Part shown: one piece after another, positions 9,338 through 18,327 of the stretch
Layout of the letters: the number at the start of each line of letters is the position of its first letter
How positions within the stretch are numbered: the stretch's first letter is position 1
Assembly (NCBI GenBank): GCA_964588985.1
Contig: CAZPQW010000006.1
Span: 1 to 64,000, forward strand
DNA length: 64,000 nucleotides
Reading direction: 5' to 3'
Source of the DNA: an uncultured Solirubrobacteraceae bacterium
GTDB lineage: Bacteria; Actinomycetota; Thermoleophilia; Solirubrobacterales; Solirubrobacteraceae
The notes under the pieces: model-generated
The model's input: the letters and a program-made list of their open reading frames with translations, nothing else
What the model was told of the DNA's origin: nothing
The model's database searches: none
Position numbers and translations under genes: made by a program

Positions 9338-10310
9338 CGGCGCGCACGTCGAGTTCGTCGGCGGCGAGCGAGCCGAGGCGCAGCTGGTGCCGGCGGCGGG
9401 GTTCGAGCTGCACAGGATCTCGGTGGAAGGGCTGAGCCGCTCCAACCCGCTGCACGCGCTGCGCTCGCTCGTGCGCGCCGCCAGAGCGTTCGTGCGCGTG
9501 CGCCGGCTGCTGAGGTCGCTGGCGCCCGACGCGGTGATGGGCGGCGGCGGCTACGTGGCGGGCCCCGTGGGCCTGGCGGCGGTCACGCTGCGGATCCCGC
9601 TCGTGCTGACGGAGGCCGACAGCCACCTGGGGCTCACCAACCGGCTGCTCGCGCCGTTCGCGCGCCGCGTGTGCCTGGCGTTCCCGATCGCGGGGCGCGA
9701 TGGGTCTCGCTACCGCGTGACCGGCCGGCCGATCCCGCCGCCGGCGAGCGACCGCGCGGGGGCGCGCAGCCGCTTCGGCCTGGCGCCGGATGCTACGTGC
9801 GTGCTCGTGTTCGGCGGCTCGCTGGGGGCGCGCTCGATCAACCTCGCGGCGGTGGAGGCGTTCGCGGGCGCGCCGTTCCAGGTGCTGCACGTGAGCGGTC
9901 GGCGCGATCACCCGGAGCTGGCGGCGAGCAACCTCCCGGAGGGTTATGACCTGCGCGAGTACCTCGACCTACCCGACTTCGCCGACGCGCTCGCGGCGGC
10001 GGACCTCGTGGTGGCGCGCTCAGGGGGCTCGGTGTTCGAGATCGCGGCAAACGGCCTGCCGGCGATCCTCGTGCCCTACCCGCACGCGGCGGGCGACCAC
10101 CAGGCGGCGAACGCGCGCTGGATGACCGACGCGGGCGCGGCGGTCGCGATCCCGGACGGGGAGCTGACCGCGTCGCGTCTCGGCAACGAGGTCGCGACAC
10201 TGCTCGCCGACCGCCATCGCCTGGACGCAATGGCGGCCGCTTCGCGTGGTCTAGCGCGTCCCGACGCGGCACGCGACGTGGCGGCCGAGGTGCTGGGAGC
10301 GGCGGTCTAG
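9243..10310 (+). CDS. murG: Lipid II GlcNAc transferase MurG
   Basis: AGGTAGHVVP, GGGGYV, GGSLGA, ARSGG, HQAANA. Confidence 0.95.
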   Translation: MSAAARRIVIAAGGTAGHVVPALAVADALRADGAHVEFVGGERAEAQLVPAAGFELHRISVEGLSRSNPLHALRSLVRAARAFVRVRRLLRSLAPDAVMGGGGYVAGPVGLAAVTLRIPLVLTEADSHLGLTNRLLAPFARRVCLAFPIAGRDGSRYRVTGRPIPPPASDRAGARSRFGLAPDATCVLVFGGSLGARSINLAAVEAFAGAPFQVLHVSGRRDHPELAASNLPEGYDLREYLDLPDFADALAAADLVVARSGGSVFEIAANGLPAILVPYPHAAGDHQAANARWMTDAGAAVAIPDGELTASRLGNEVATLLADRHRLDAMAAASRGLARPDAARDVAAEVLGAAV

Positions 10311-11653
10311 TGACTTCAAAGCAGGGCTCCTGGAGCGGGCGTCGCGTGCACTTCCTCGGCGTGGGTGGCGCGGGGATGAGCGGCTACGCTCGTGCGGCGC
10401 ACGCGCTCGGCGCCGAGGTGAGCGGCTCAGACGGCGCAATGAGCCCCTACCTGCAGCGCCTTGCCGACGACGGCGTGCTCGTCGCGCACGTGGGGCACCG
10501 GGCGGAGAACGTGCCGGCGGGGGATGGGGTCGAGCTCGTGTACTCCTCCGCGGTGGGCGCGAAGAACGTGGAGCGCGTTGCGGCGCGCGAGCGGGGGATA
10601 CCGGAGCGCCCGCGCGCGGAGCTGCTCGGCGAGCTGAGCGCGCTGCGGCGGACGATCGCGGTGGCGGGCGCGCACGGCAAGACGACCACGTCCTCGATGC
10701 TCGTGCACGCGCTGCGCGGCGCGGGACTCGACCCCGGATGGCTGATCGGCGGCTCGGTGGGGGGAGGGCTGGCGAACGCGCACTGGAGCGACGGTGAGTG
10801 GCTGGTGGTGGAGGCGGACGAGTCGGACCGATCGATGCTGAGCCTGAGCGTGGAGATCGCGGTGGTGACGAACGTGGAGCTGGACCACCACGCGGCGTAT
10901 GCGTCGCTTGCGCAGCTGCGGGAGGTGTTCCGCGAGTTCCTCGCCGGTCCCCGCGAGGCGGTGATCTGGGATCGCCCGGAGCTGCTGGAGCTGCGCGAGG
11001 GACCGGTGGAGCCGTACGACGTGCACGACCTGGCGCTCACGGAGGGCGGCTCCCGCTTCGACTGGCGCGGGCACGAGGTGACGCTGGCGGTGCCGGGCGC
11101 TCACAACGCGCTCAACGCGACCGCCGCGCTCGAGGCGGCGCGGTTGGCGGGCGCGGATGCGAACGGCGCGATCGCCGGGCTCGGGGCCTTCCACGGGGCG
11201 GGCCGGCGCTTTCAGCTGGTCGGCTCGGTCAGCGGCGGCGCACGCGTCTATGAGGACTACGCCCACCATCCCACCGAGATAGCGGCGACGTTGGCGGCTG
11301 CTCGCACGCTCGAGCACGAGCGGCTCGTGGCGGTCTTCCAGCCCCACCTCTACTCGCGCACCGCGCTGCTGGCGAGGGAGTTTGGAGAAGCTCTCGCGCA
11401 TGCTGACGCTGTCGTCGTGCTCGACGTGTATCCCGCCCGCGAGCGCGCGGAGGATCATCCGGGCGTGAGCGGCCTGCTGATCGCGGAGGCGGCCGCCGAC
11501 GCGAGCGCGGGGCGGCCGGTCTACTGGCTGCCGACGTTCGCCGACGCGGAGCCAGTGCTGCGCGCGATGCTGGGCGAGGGAGATGTGTGCGTGGCGATGG
11601 GCGCGGGGGACGTGGACTCGCTGGCGCGCAAGCTGGTGGAGCACGCGTCATGA
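10310..11653 (+). CDS. murC: UDP-N-acetylmuramate:L-alanine ligase
   Basis: GVGGAGMSG, AGAHGKTTTS, EADESD, DYAHHPTEI, FQPHLYSRT. Confidence 0.96.
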   Translation: MTSKQGSWSGRRVHFLGVGGAGMSGYARAAHALGAEVSGSDGAMSPYLQRLADDGVLVAHVGHRAENVPAGDGVELVYSSAVGAKNVERVAARERGIPERPRAELLGELSALRRTIAVAGAHGKTTTSSMLVHALRGAGLDPGWLIGGSVGGGLANAHWSDGEWLVVEADESDRSMLSLSVEIAVVTNVELDHHAAYASLAQLREVFREFLAGPREAVIWDRPELLELREGPVEPYDVHDLALTEGGSRFDWRGHEVTLAVPGAHNALNATAALEAARLAGADANGAIAGLGAFHGAGRRFQLVGSVSGGARVYEDYAHHPTEIAATLAAARTLEHERLVAVFQPHLYSRTALLAREFGEALAHADAVVVLDVYPARERAEDHPGVSGLLIAEAAADASAGRPVYWLPTFADAEPVLRAMLGEGDVCVAMGAGDVDSLARKLVEHAS

Positions 11654-12561
11654 GTGTGCCGGAGCCGCCCGAGGGGGTGCAGCGCGACTATCCGCTCAGC
11701 CGCCTGACGACGGTGCGCACGGGCGGTAGCGGCGAGTTCTTCGCCCGCGTGGGCAGCGAGGCGCAGCTGACCGACCTGCTCGGCTGGGCGGCGGGCGCCG
11801 GACTGGAGGTCGCGGTGGTGGGCTCGGGTTCGAACCTGCTGATCGCGGACGAGGGCGTGACGGGCCTGGTGCTGAAGCTCGACCGTGAGCTGGCGAGGAT
11901 CGAGGTTGAAGGGCGGCGGATCCTGTGCGGCGGCGGCGCGCGATTGCCGGCGGTGGCGGCGCGCGCGGCGAGCGCGGGGCTGTCGGGCATCGAGTTCGGC
12001 GTGAACATTCCCGGCACGGTGGGGGGCGCGGTGCGGATGAACGCGAACGCCTACGGCGGCGAGCTCGGCAGGGCGCTCGAGTGGGTCGACGTGGCGACCG
12101 GCGCGGGGATCGACCGCCGCGAGCCGCGGGCGCTCGGCTTCTCCTACCGGCACTCGAACCTCACTGCGGGGGAGATCGTGGTGCGAGCGTCGCTGCTGCT
12201 CGACAAGGCGGACGTCGCGTCGGTGAAGGCGACGCTCGCGCAGATGCGCGCGCGCCGTCACGAGGCCCAGCCGCAGGGGATCAAGACGTTTGGCTCGACG
12301 TTCAAGAACCCCGACGATCCGCGTGCGCAGGGGCGCAGCGCGGGGCTGCTGCTGGCCGAGGCGAAGTGCAACGGTCTCGCGGTGGGCGGTGCGCGCTTCG
12401 CGCCGAAGCACGCCAACTTCATCGAGAACACCGGGATGGCGAGTACCGCGGACGTGCTCGCTGTGATGGCCGCGGGACGCGCGCGGGTGCTGGAGCGCTT
12501 CGGCGTGGAGCTCGAGCCGGAGGTGCAGACGCTCGGCGACGTGCGCATCCCGTGGCGGTGA
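11650..12561 (+). CDS. murB: UDP-N-acetylenolpyruvoylglucosamine reductase
   Basis: GSGSNLL, IPGTVGGAVRMNA, FSYRHS, GSTFKNP, KHANFIEN, LEPEV; ATGA overlap with murC. Confidence 0.95.
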   Translation: MSVPEPPEGVQRDYPLSRLTTVRTGGSGEFFARVGSEAQLTDLLGWAAGAGLEVAVVGSGSNLLIADEGVTGLVLKLDRELARIEVEGRRILCGGGARLPAVAARAASAGLSGIEFGVNIPGTVGGAVRMNANAYGGELGRALEWVDVATGAGIDRREPRALGFSYRHSNLTAGEIVVRASLLLDKADVASVKATLAQMRARRHEAQPQGIKTFGSTFKNPDDPRAQGRSAGLLLAEAKCNGLAVGGARFAPKHANFIENTGMASTADVLAVMAAGRARVLERFGVELEPEVQTLGDVRIPWR

Positions 12562-12601
12562 GCGGGTAGGGGTTGTGGGCGCGAGGTCGAAGACCGTGTG
12601 A

Positions 12602-13654
12602 ATGGATCGCTCGTTCGCAGGACGCTCGCCGATCGCTCTGCCGCTGCCACGACTGGGAGGCGTGGTCGGCTCGATCGGAGGGCTCGGGAGGCTCGTGGGG
12701 AGCCGCAGGCGCGCGCGCATCGCGCTGGTTGCGGCGCTGGCGGCGACTCCGCTGCTGGTCGGCGGCTGGCTGTGGCTGCGCCAGTCGCCGTTCGTGTCGG
12801 TCCAACAGGTCCAGATAACCGGCGTTCACGGCCCCGACGCGGGAGCGATCGACGCGGCGCTGGCGGGCGCGGCACGCCACATGAGCACGCTCGCGGTGAA
12901 TGCCGGCGCGCTGCGCCAGGCGACGTCTCAGTTCGTGGTGGTGCGCGAAGTGAAGGCCGTGCCGCGCTTCCCGCACGGCCTGCGCATCCACGTGGTCGAG
13001 CAGTTGCCGGTGGCGGCGCTCGCGGTCGACGGGGCGCGCACCGCGATCGCGGCCGACGGGGTGGTGCTCGGTCCGGCGTTGCTTTCGAGCTCGCTGCCGA
13101 CGGTCACCGGCTTCCACGACGCGCTCGCTGGTCAGCGCGTGCAGGGTCCGAACGTGCTCGCCGCGGTCACGGTCCTCGGCGCTGCCCCCTCGCCGCTGCG
13201 GCGCGTGGTCGACCACGTCTACACCGGCCCCGACGGCCTCACGGTGGCGTTCCGCAGTGGCCTGCTGGCGTACTTCGGCGACGCGACGCTGCCGCACGCG
13301 AAGTGGCTGTCGCTCGCCCGCGTGCTAGTCGACCCGAGCGCTCAGGGCGCCTCCTATGTGGACTTGCGCGTGCCGGGCAGGCCGGCGGCAGGGTTCCCCG
13401 CCGGCGTCGCTCCACCCGACGCCGCGACGGCCAACTCCACGATCGAAACGCCCGTCACGGGCGAATCGACGAACGCCTCCGAAGCGACGATCGCCTCGCT
13501 CGCCGCGAGCCTCGCTGACAGCGCGGGAGGCAGCGCGGCGTCCTCGACGAGCGCCACGGAAACCCCCGCCACGCCTACGGAAAGCTCGACCGAAGCTCCA
13601 TCCGCTTCAACCACCGAAACGCCCCAGAGCACCGAAACGCCGGGAGGAGGATGA
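12602..13654 (+). CDS. ftsQ: Cell division protein FtsQ/DivIB with S/T-rich tail
   Basis: TM then POTRA-like region (FVSVQQVQITG, FPHGLRIHVVEQLPVA), YVDLRVP; upstream of ftsZ. Confidence 0.85.
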   Translation: MDRSFAGRSPIALPLPRLGGVVGSIGGLGRLVGSRRRARIALVAALAATPLLVGGWLWLRQSPFVSVQQVQITGVHGPDAGAIDAALAGAARHMSTLAVNAGALRQATSQFVVVREVKAVPRFPHGLRIHVVEQLPVAALAVDGARTAIAADGVVLGPALLSSSLPTVTGFHDALAGQRVQGPNVLAAVTVLGAAPSPLRRVVDHVYTGPDGLTVAFRSGLLAYFGDATLPHAKWLSLARVLVDPSAQGASYVDLRVPGRPAAGFPAGVAPPDAATANSTIETPVTGESTNASEATIASLAASLADSAGGSAASSTSATETPATPTESSTEAPSASTTETPQSTETPGGG

Positions 13655-13657
13655 TCT

Positions 13658-13682
13658 AACCCTCAACCTGAGGTCTATGGCG
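13658..13682 (+). promoter_or_regulatory. FtsR-like (MerR-type) box 1 upstream of ftsZ
   Basis: AACCCTCAACCTGAGGTCTATGGCG resembles the actinobacterial ftsZ-upstream AACCCT...AGGGTT inverted repeat (from memory). Confidence 0.45.
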
Positions 13683-13757
13683 CTGGTGGGTGCTGTCTCA
13701 GGCATGGGTCGAGAGTCGGGCGTTCTGCAACGTACGTTGCGAGAGTGGCGCCTCGCG

Positions 13758-13786
13758 TTGACAGGGCGAAGTTCCCTGCATAACGT
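13758..13786 (+). promoter_or_regulatory. Housekeeping sigma promoter for ftsZ
   Basis: TTGACA-N17-TAACGT. Confidence 0.7.
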
Positions 13787-13821
13787 GCACATCCCGGCGG
13801 TTCCGCGAAGAGTATGCTGCG

Positions 13822-13846
13822 AACCCTAAATTCCTAGTGAAGGCTT
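13822..13846 (+). promoter_or_regulatory. FtsR-like box 2 upstream of ftsZ
   Basis: AACCCTAAATTCCTAGTGAAGGCTT, a 25-bp imperfect inverted repeat. Confidence 0.5.
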
Positions 13847-13860
13847 CGGACAGAACCATC

Positions 13861-14946
13861 ATGGAGAGCAGCGGAAGCTACCTGGCAGTGATCAAGGTCG
13901 TCGGAGTCGGCGGCGGTGGAACGAACGCGGTCAGTCGCATGGTCGACGCGGGTTTGCACGGCGTGGAGTTCATCGCCGCGAACACCGACGCCCAGGCGCT
14001 CGCGATGTGCGACGCCGACATCAAGCTGAACATCGGCCACGACTCGACCAAGGGTCTCGGCGCCGGCGCGAACCCCGACGTGGGTCTCGCCTCGGCGTCG
14101 GAGTCGCGCGACGACATCAAGGAGGCGCTGAAGGGCGCCGACATGGTGTTCGTGACCGCGGGCGAGGGCGGCGGCACCGGTACGGGAGCCGCCCCCGTGA
14201 TCGCGGAGATCGCGAAGAACGAGATCGGCGCGCTGACGGTGGGCGTGGTGACGCGCCCGTTCGACTTCGAGGGCTCGCAGCGCGGTCGCCAGGCGACCGA
14301 AGGCATCGAGCGCCTGCGCGAGGTCGTCGACACCCTGATCGTGATCCCGAACGAGAAGCTGCTCGCGGTGGTGGAGCGCCGCACCACCATGCTTGACGCG
14401 TTCCGCGAGGCCGACGACGTGCTGCGTCAGGGCGTGCAGGGCATCACCGACCTGATCACCATCCCGGGCCTGATCAACCTCGACTTCGCCGACGTCCGCA
14501 CGATCATGCAGGACGCCGGCTCGGCGCTGATGGGCATCGGCACCGCCAGCGGCGAGAGCCGTTGCGGCGACGCAGCGCGCGCCGCGATCTCCTCGCCGCT
14601 GCTCGAGGAGTCCGTGGACGGCGCGACGGGGATCCTCCTGAACATCACCGGCGGGAAAGACCTGGGCCTGTTCGAGGTCAACGACGCCGCGGAGATCATC
14701 CAGAACGCGGCCGACCCGAACGCGAACATCATCTTCGGCGCCGTGATCGACGAGAGCATGGCCGAGGACGTGCGCGTCACCGTCATCGGCACCGGCTTCG
14801 ACCACCGTCCGGGCCGCGGCGGCCGGCGTGAGTCCAGGGCGGCGCGTCCTGGGGCTCCTGATCGCGGACCCCAGCTCGGCGACCGGCAGCGCTCGACGCT
14901 CGAGATCTCGGACGACGATATAGACGTCCCGCCGTTCCTGCGTTAG
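13861..14946 (+). CDS. ftsZ: Cell division GTPase FtsZ (ORF open from GTG 13837)
   Basis: [30 protein letters not shown]-terminal DIDVPPFLR. Confidence 0.98.
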   Translation: MESSGSYLAVIKVVGVGGGGTNAVSRMVDAGLHGVEFIAANTDAQALAMCDADIKLNIGHDSTKGLGAGANPDVGLASASESRDDIKEALKGADMVFVTAGEGGGTGTGAAPVIAEIAKNEIGALTVGVVTRPFDFEGSQRGRQATEGIERLREVVDTLIVIPNEKLLAVVERRTTMLDAFREADDVLRQGVQGITDLITIPGLINLDFADVRTIMQDAGSALMGIGTASGESRCGDAARAAISSPLLEESVDGATGILLNITGGKDLGLFEVNDAAEIIQNAADPNANIIFGAVIDESMAEDVRVTVIGTGFDHRPGRGGRRESRAARPGAPDRGPQLGDRQRSTLEISDDDIDVPPFLR

Positions 14947-14987
14947 GAGCGAGCATCCGGCGCGCCAAACCGGCGCAGACAATAGAA

Positions 14988-15260
14988 CGAGCTGTTTCTC
15001 TTCCGCAGATGTCTTTGACGGGCATAAACGTCTGTATTCTCAGGCACTTCGCCTCCGTGGACTTTTGTAGATCGCACGTCTAGTCCACTCACACCTTGCA
15101 GCGCGGTCGACGTGGCTGCTAGACCTTGGACGCCCCGATGGTTGGGGTTGGGATGCACACGCAGGGATAACGGCGTCGGGCGACCCCCGGCGTCGTAGAG
15201 GCAGTACCAATGGCCCTAGCCAAACGGCTAGGGCACAAACCACAGGAGCATGACGATGCG
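14988..15260 (+). repeat. Diverged non-coding direct repeat, copy 1 (candidate promoter plus structured RNA)
   Basis: Colinear blocks CGAGCTGTTTC, GGACTTTTGTAGATC, CTCACACC, CCCGATGG, GGGATG and CACAGGAGCATGRCGATGCG are shared with 22925-23199. Confidence 0.8.
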
Positions 15261-15451
15261 TGAAGTGCTTCCAAGCGGAGGTCTCATGTCGGCTGGGCGT
15301 GGCTCAATAGTCGCCCGAAATTTGTTCCTCGAACGATTACCGGGGAATCAGAAACGGGGGTTGTGTCTTTGCAACGGCCCCAGCCAAAATGTCACCATGC
15401 AGCTGACAGCACGCGTATTGCCATGCTCCTCAAGACAAGGAGCGAGAATCA

Positions 15452-16018
15452 ATGTCACGTACTATCCGTCTACTGGGGATGACCCTGGTCGCCGTCCTGG
15501 CGTTCAGCGGTGTAGCATCGGCGCACAGCTTCGTCGCAGAAAAAGCCGGTGCTGTAACAAGGGTCAAAAACACAACGCAGGTCTTCAAAACCGGGAGCGG
15601 TCCTGCAGTGGAATGCACCGCAGACGCCGTCAGCAACGCTAACGCTGTGGCAGGGAAACAGTTAACACTGGCGGCTGACGTCAGCTACTCAAGCTGTACC
15701 GTCACGGAGATCTTGAAATTCGAAGCCACTGTGACTACCGCTAAATACACGTTCAACGCCGACGGGACTGCAAACCTAAACAACACGATCGTCATCAAAG
15801 TTCCGATCGCGGGCTGCAACATAACGGTGAAACCGCAGAACACTCTCAAAACGCTCACGTACAAAAACACTGGCAAAAATGTCATTGTGGAACCGAATGT
15901 CTCGGGCATCGTGTCCGAAGGGAGCGGCGGTGAATGCGGTACCGGCGTCACCAACAAAGGCACCTACACTGGTACCACGGAAGTCACATCGTCAGGCAAC
16001 ACCATTTCGTGGGAATAG
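15452..16018 (+). CDS. Small secreted beta-rich protein with 4 Cys (module subunit A1, putative fibre subunit)
   Basis: AAGGAG RBS; Sec signal ending VASA; T/V/N/K/G-rich; no TM anchor. Confidence 0.85.
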   Translation: MSRTIRLLGMTLVAVLAFSGVASAHSFVAEKAGAVTRVKNTTQVFKTGSGPAVECTADAVSNANAVAGKQLTLAADVSYSSCTVTEILKFEATVTTAKYTFNADGTANLNNTIVIKVPIAGCNITVKPQNTLKTLTYKNTGKNVIVEPNVSGIVSEGSGGECGTGVTNKGTYTGTTEVTSSGNTISWE

Positions 16019-16064
16019 CTGCAACGTAGGTAGGCGACGCCAAAGCTAGTCGCCGGTGTTTTAC

Positions 16065-16095
16065 TGCCGAGCGGGCCGCCTGAGCCCGCTCGGCA
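16065..16095 (+). terminator. 12-bp GC hairpin after A1 (partial terminator or mRNA stabiliser)
   Basis: TGCCGAGCGGGC-CGCCTGA-GCCCGCTCGGCA; no U-tract. Confidence 0.6.
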
Positions 16096-16125
16096 TCATC
16101 GCGGAGAACCGACGTTGGGGAGGGA

Positions 16126-18327
16126 ATGGAGCGTATGTTCAAAGTGCATCAACCGGCAACGCGCCGACTAACAGTCGCTTTGGGGCTGGTGGGCGTTATC
16201 GGTGTGATGTCCTATCTGCCCTCGTCGGCGCTGGCTGGGACGTGCGGTAACGAAGGTCTGCGAGCCCAGCAGGGCTCGTCGTTTCTTCCCGAATGCCGTG
16301 CGTATGAGCTCGTGAGCCCTCCCGGCGCAACGGCCTATGTGGCGCCGGGCGGAAGCGTGGATGGAGCCAGGGCCGCGGAAGGGCTCGCGGCGAGCGTTGG
16401 CGAGATCTCGTGGTTCTCCTACTACCCCCCGGCAGGTCTCAGCAATCCGAGCATGCATCTTCTATCGACGCGGACCGCGAGCGGCTGGGGAACGCGAGAC
16501 GTGATTCCTTCCCAGTCGACGTCTTCGGGAGCGTTCATCGAATGCGGCGGGTACACGTATTTCTCCGGAGATCTTGCGACGGAAATCCTCTCGGACGGGC
16601 AGGAACAGTGCCCTCACAACGATCCGCCCTTGACGGAAGACGAACCAGAAGGCTTCGAGAACCTCTTCCTTCGCGACGTTGACTCGGAATCGTACAGTCT
16701 TGTGAACCTGACGCCCGCGAATGAAGCGCCGGCTGACGCCCACCTTCAGGATGCGTCAACAGACTTCTCGCACATCGTATTCTCAGAGAACGCGAAGCTG
16801 ACCCCCTCCGCACCCGCAGGTGACGTCCTCTACGAGTGGGTGGGTGGGAGCGTGCACCTGGTAAGCATTCTTCCGGACGGGACCCCCGTGTCGGGTAGGT
16901 TGGTCGCGGAAGCGTCGCCTTCCAGTTCCTTCCTTGTTGGATTTGCGCCTCTCTTGCACAGCGTGTCGGCCGACGGAAGCCGCGTGATCTTCGAATCGGG
17001 GGGCGACCTGTACGAGCGAGAGAACGCGGAAATGGAACAGAGCCAGCTGAGCCCCGAAGGAGACTGTCTCGAAGCCGACATGGCCTGCACGGTCCAGGTC
17101 GACGCATCTGCTACCGGAGGCCTCGGCGGCGGCGGTCAATTCATAGCCGCGACGGCGCAGGGCACGGACGTCTTCTTCACGGATGGAGGGGTCAAGAAGC
17201 TGACGAGCGACACCGTCCCGAGTAGCGGGCAGAACCTCTACGAGTTCGACCTCGAAACCGGGCAGCTCAGCGATCTGACGCCGTTCGCATCCGCGCACGT
17301 GCTGGGACTCGCCGGACTCGGCGAAGAAGGGAGTGCGTGGCATCTGTACATCGCCGCGGAAGGCGCTTTCGGCGAAGTGAACGCCGAAGGTCACGAACCG
17401 CAGGAAGGCGCACCGAACCTGTATGAGCTCTCCCGGGAATCGTCCGTCGCGTTCCTCGCAACCCTGGCGCCCGGGGACTGGAAAGACTGGCAGGGCGAAA
17501 CACGCGAAGCGGCCGCGGCTCCCAACGGACGCTTCCTGGTGTTCGGCTCCGTCGCGGAATTGACCGGCTACGACAACCGCGATGCGGCAACCGCTCAGCC
17601 GGATTCCGAGCTGTTCGCATACGACGCGGTCGCTCAGCGCCTCGAATGCGTCTCCTGCGGTCCCGCGAATGTGCGGCCGATCGGCGCGACCGGCATCAGT
17701 GCGGTGGAGAGGTCGTCGGTCAACGGATGGGGACCCGGGTATCTCCGTCGCAATGTATTCAACGACGGCAGCGTCGTATTCGATACGCCGAACCCGCTCG
17801 TGGCGGGCGATGCAGACGGCCGCCGCGACGTCTATCTCTACAGCGGCGGCCAGGCGCATCTCATATCCAGCGGTACGAGCGCCGAAAACTCCTACTACTA
17901 CGAAGCGAGCGGATTGAACCCGGTGACCGGGGGCGAAGCCGAAGATGTGTTCTTCGCCACGAGCCAGCATCTGGCCGGAGCGGACGCAGGCAATGGGCCT
18001 GCACTGTATGACGCGCGGGTCGAAGGAGGTCTCTCCGAACCGGCGACGCAGGCGCCGGCATGCTCGGATGAAAGCTGCCGAGGGGGATCCCCAAGCGAGC
18101 CGTCTGCGAGCGCTCCCGCAAGCGCGACTTTTATGGGGCTCGGCAACATCACGCCGACGGTTGAAAAGCCCACGACGAGCCGTAAAAAGCCCAGGAGCTG
18201 CAGGAAGGGCACTGTGCGGCGGCACGGCAAGTGCGTGAAGAAGAAACGGGGACATGCGAAAGGGCGAGCCGGAAAGAGCCGAAAGGCGAGAAAGACGACG
18301 GCGACGGGAAGGGTCTCTCATGTATAG
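16126..18327 (+). CDS. Secreted beta-propeller (TolB/WD40-like) protein with Cys/Lys/Arg tail (B1)
   Basis: Signal peptide, LPECRAYELVSP, repeats ASTDFSHIVF / VSADGSRVIF / APNGRFLVF / FNDGSVVF, tail CRKGTVRRHGKCVKKK. Confidence 0.85.
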   Translation: MERMFKVHQPATRRLTVALGLVGVIGVMSYLPSSALAGTCGNEGLRAQQGSSFLPECRAYELVSPPGATAYVAPGGSVDGARAAEGLAASVGEISWFSYYPPAGLSNPSMHLLSTRTASGWGTRDVIPSQSTSSGAFIECGGYTYFSGDLATEILSDGQEQCPHNDPPLTEDEPEGFENLFLRDVDSESYSLVNLTPANEAPADAHLQDASTDFSHIVFSENAKLTPSAPAGDVLYEWVGGSVHLVSILPDGTPVSGRLVAEASPSSSFLVGFAPLLHSVSADGSRVIFESGGDLYERENAEMEQSQLSPEGDCLEADMACTVQVDASATGGLGGGGQFIAATAQGTDVFFTDGGVKKLTSDTVPSSGQNLYEFDLETGQLSDLTPFASAHVLGLAGLGEEGSAWHLYIAAEGAFGEVNAEGHEPQEGAPNLYELSRESSVAFLATLAPGDWKDWQGETREAAAAPNGRFLVFGSVAELTGYDNRDAATAQPDSELFAYDAVAQRLECVSCGPANVRPIGATGISAVERSSVNGWGPGYLRRNVFNDGSVVFDTPNPLVAGDADGRRDVYLYSGGQAHLISSGTSAENSYYYEASGLNPVTGGEAEDVFFATSQHLAGADAGNGPALYDARVEGGLSEPATQAPACSDESCRGGSPSEPSASAPASATFMGLGNITPTVEKPTTSRKKPRSCRKGTVRRHGKCVKKKRGHAKGRAGKSRKARKTTATGRVSHV

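Noticed and set aside
15250-15642. 130-aa ORF after the RBS of repeat copy 1
   Set aside because: It overlaps the well-supported A1 in another frame, has no recognisable features, and the equivalent frame in copy 2 stops within 10 codons.
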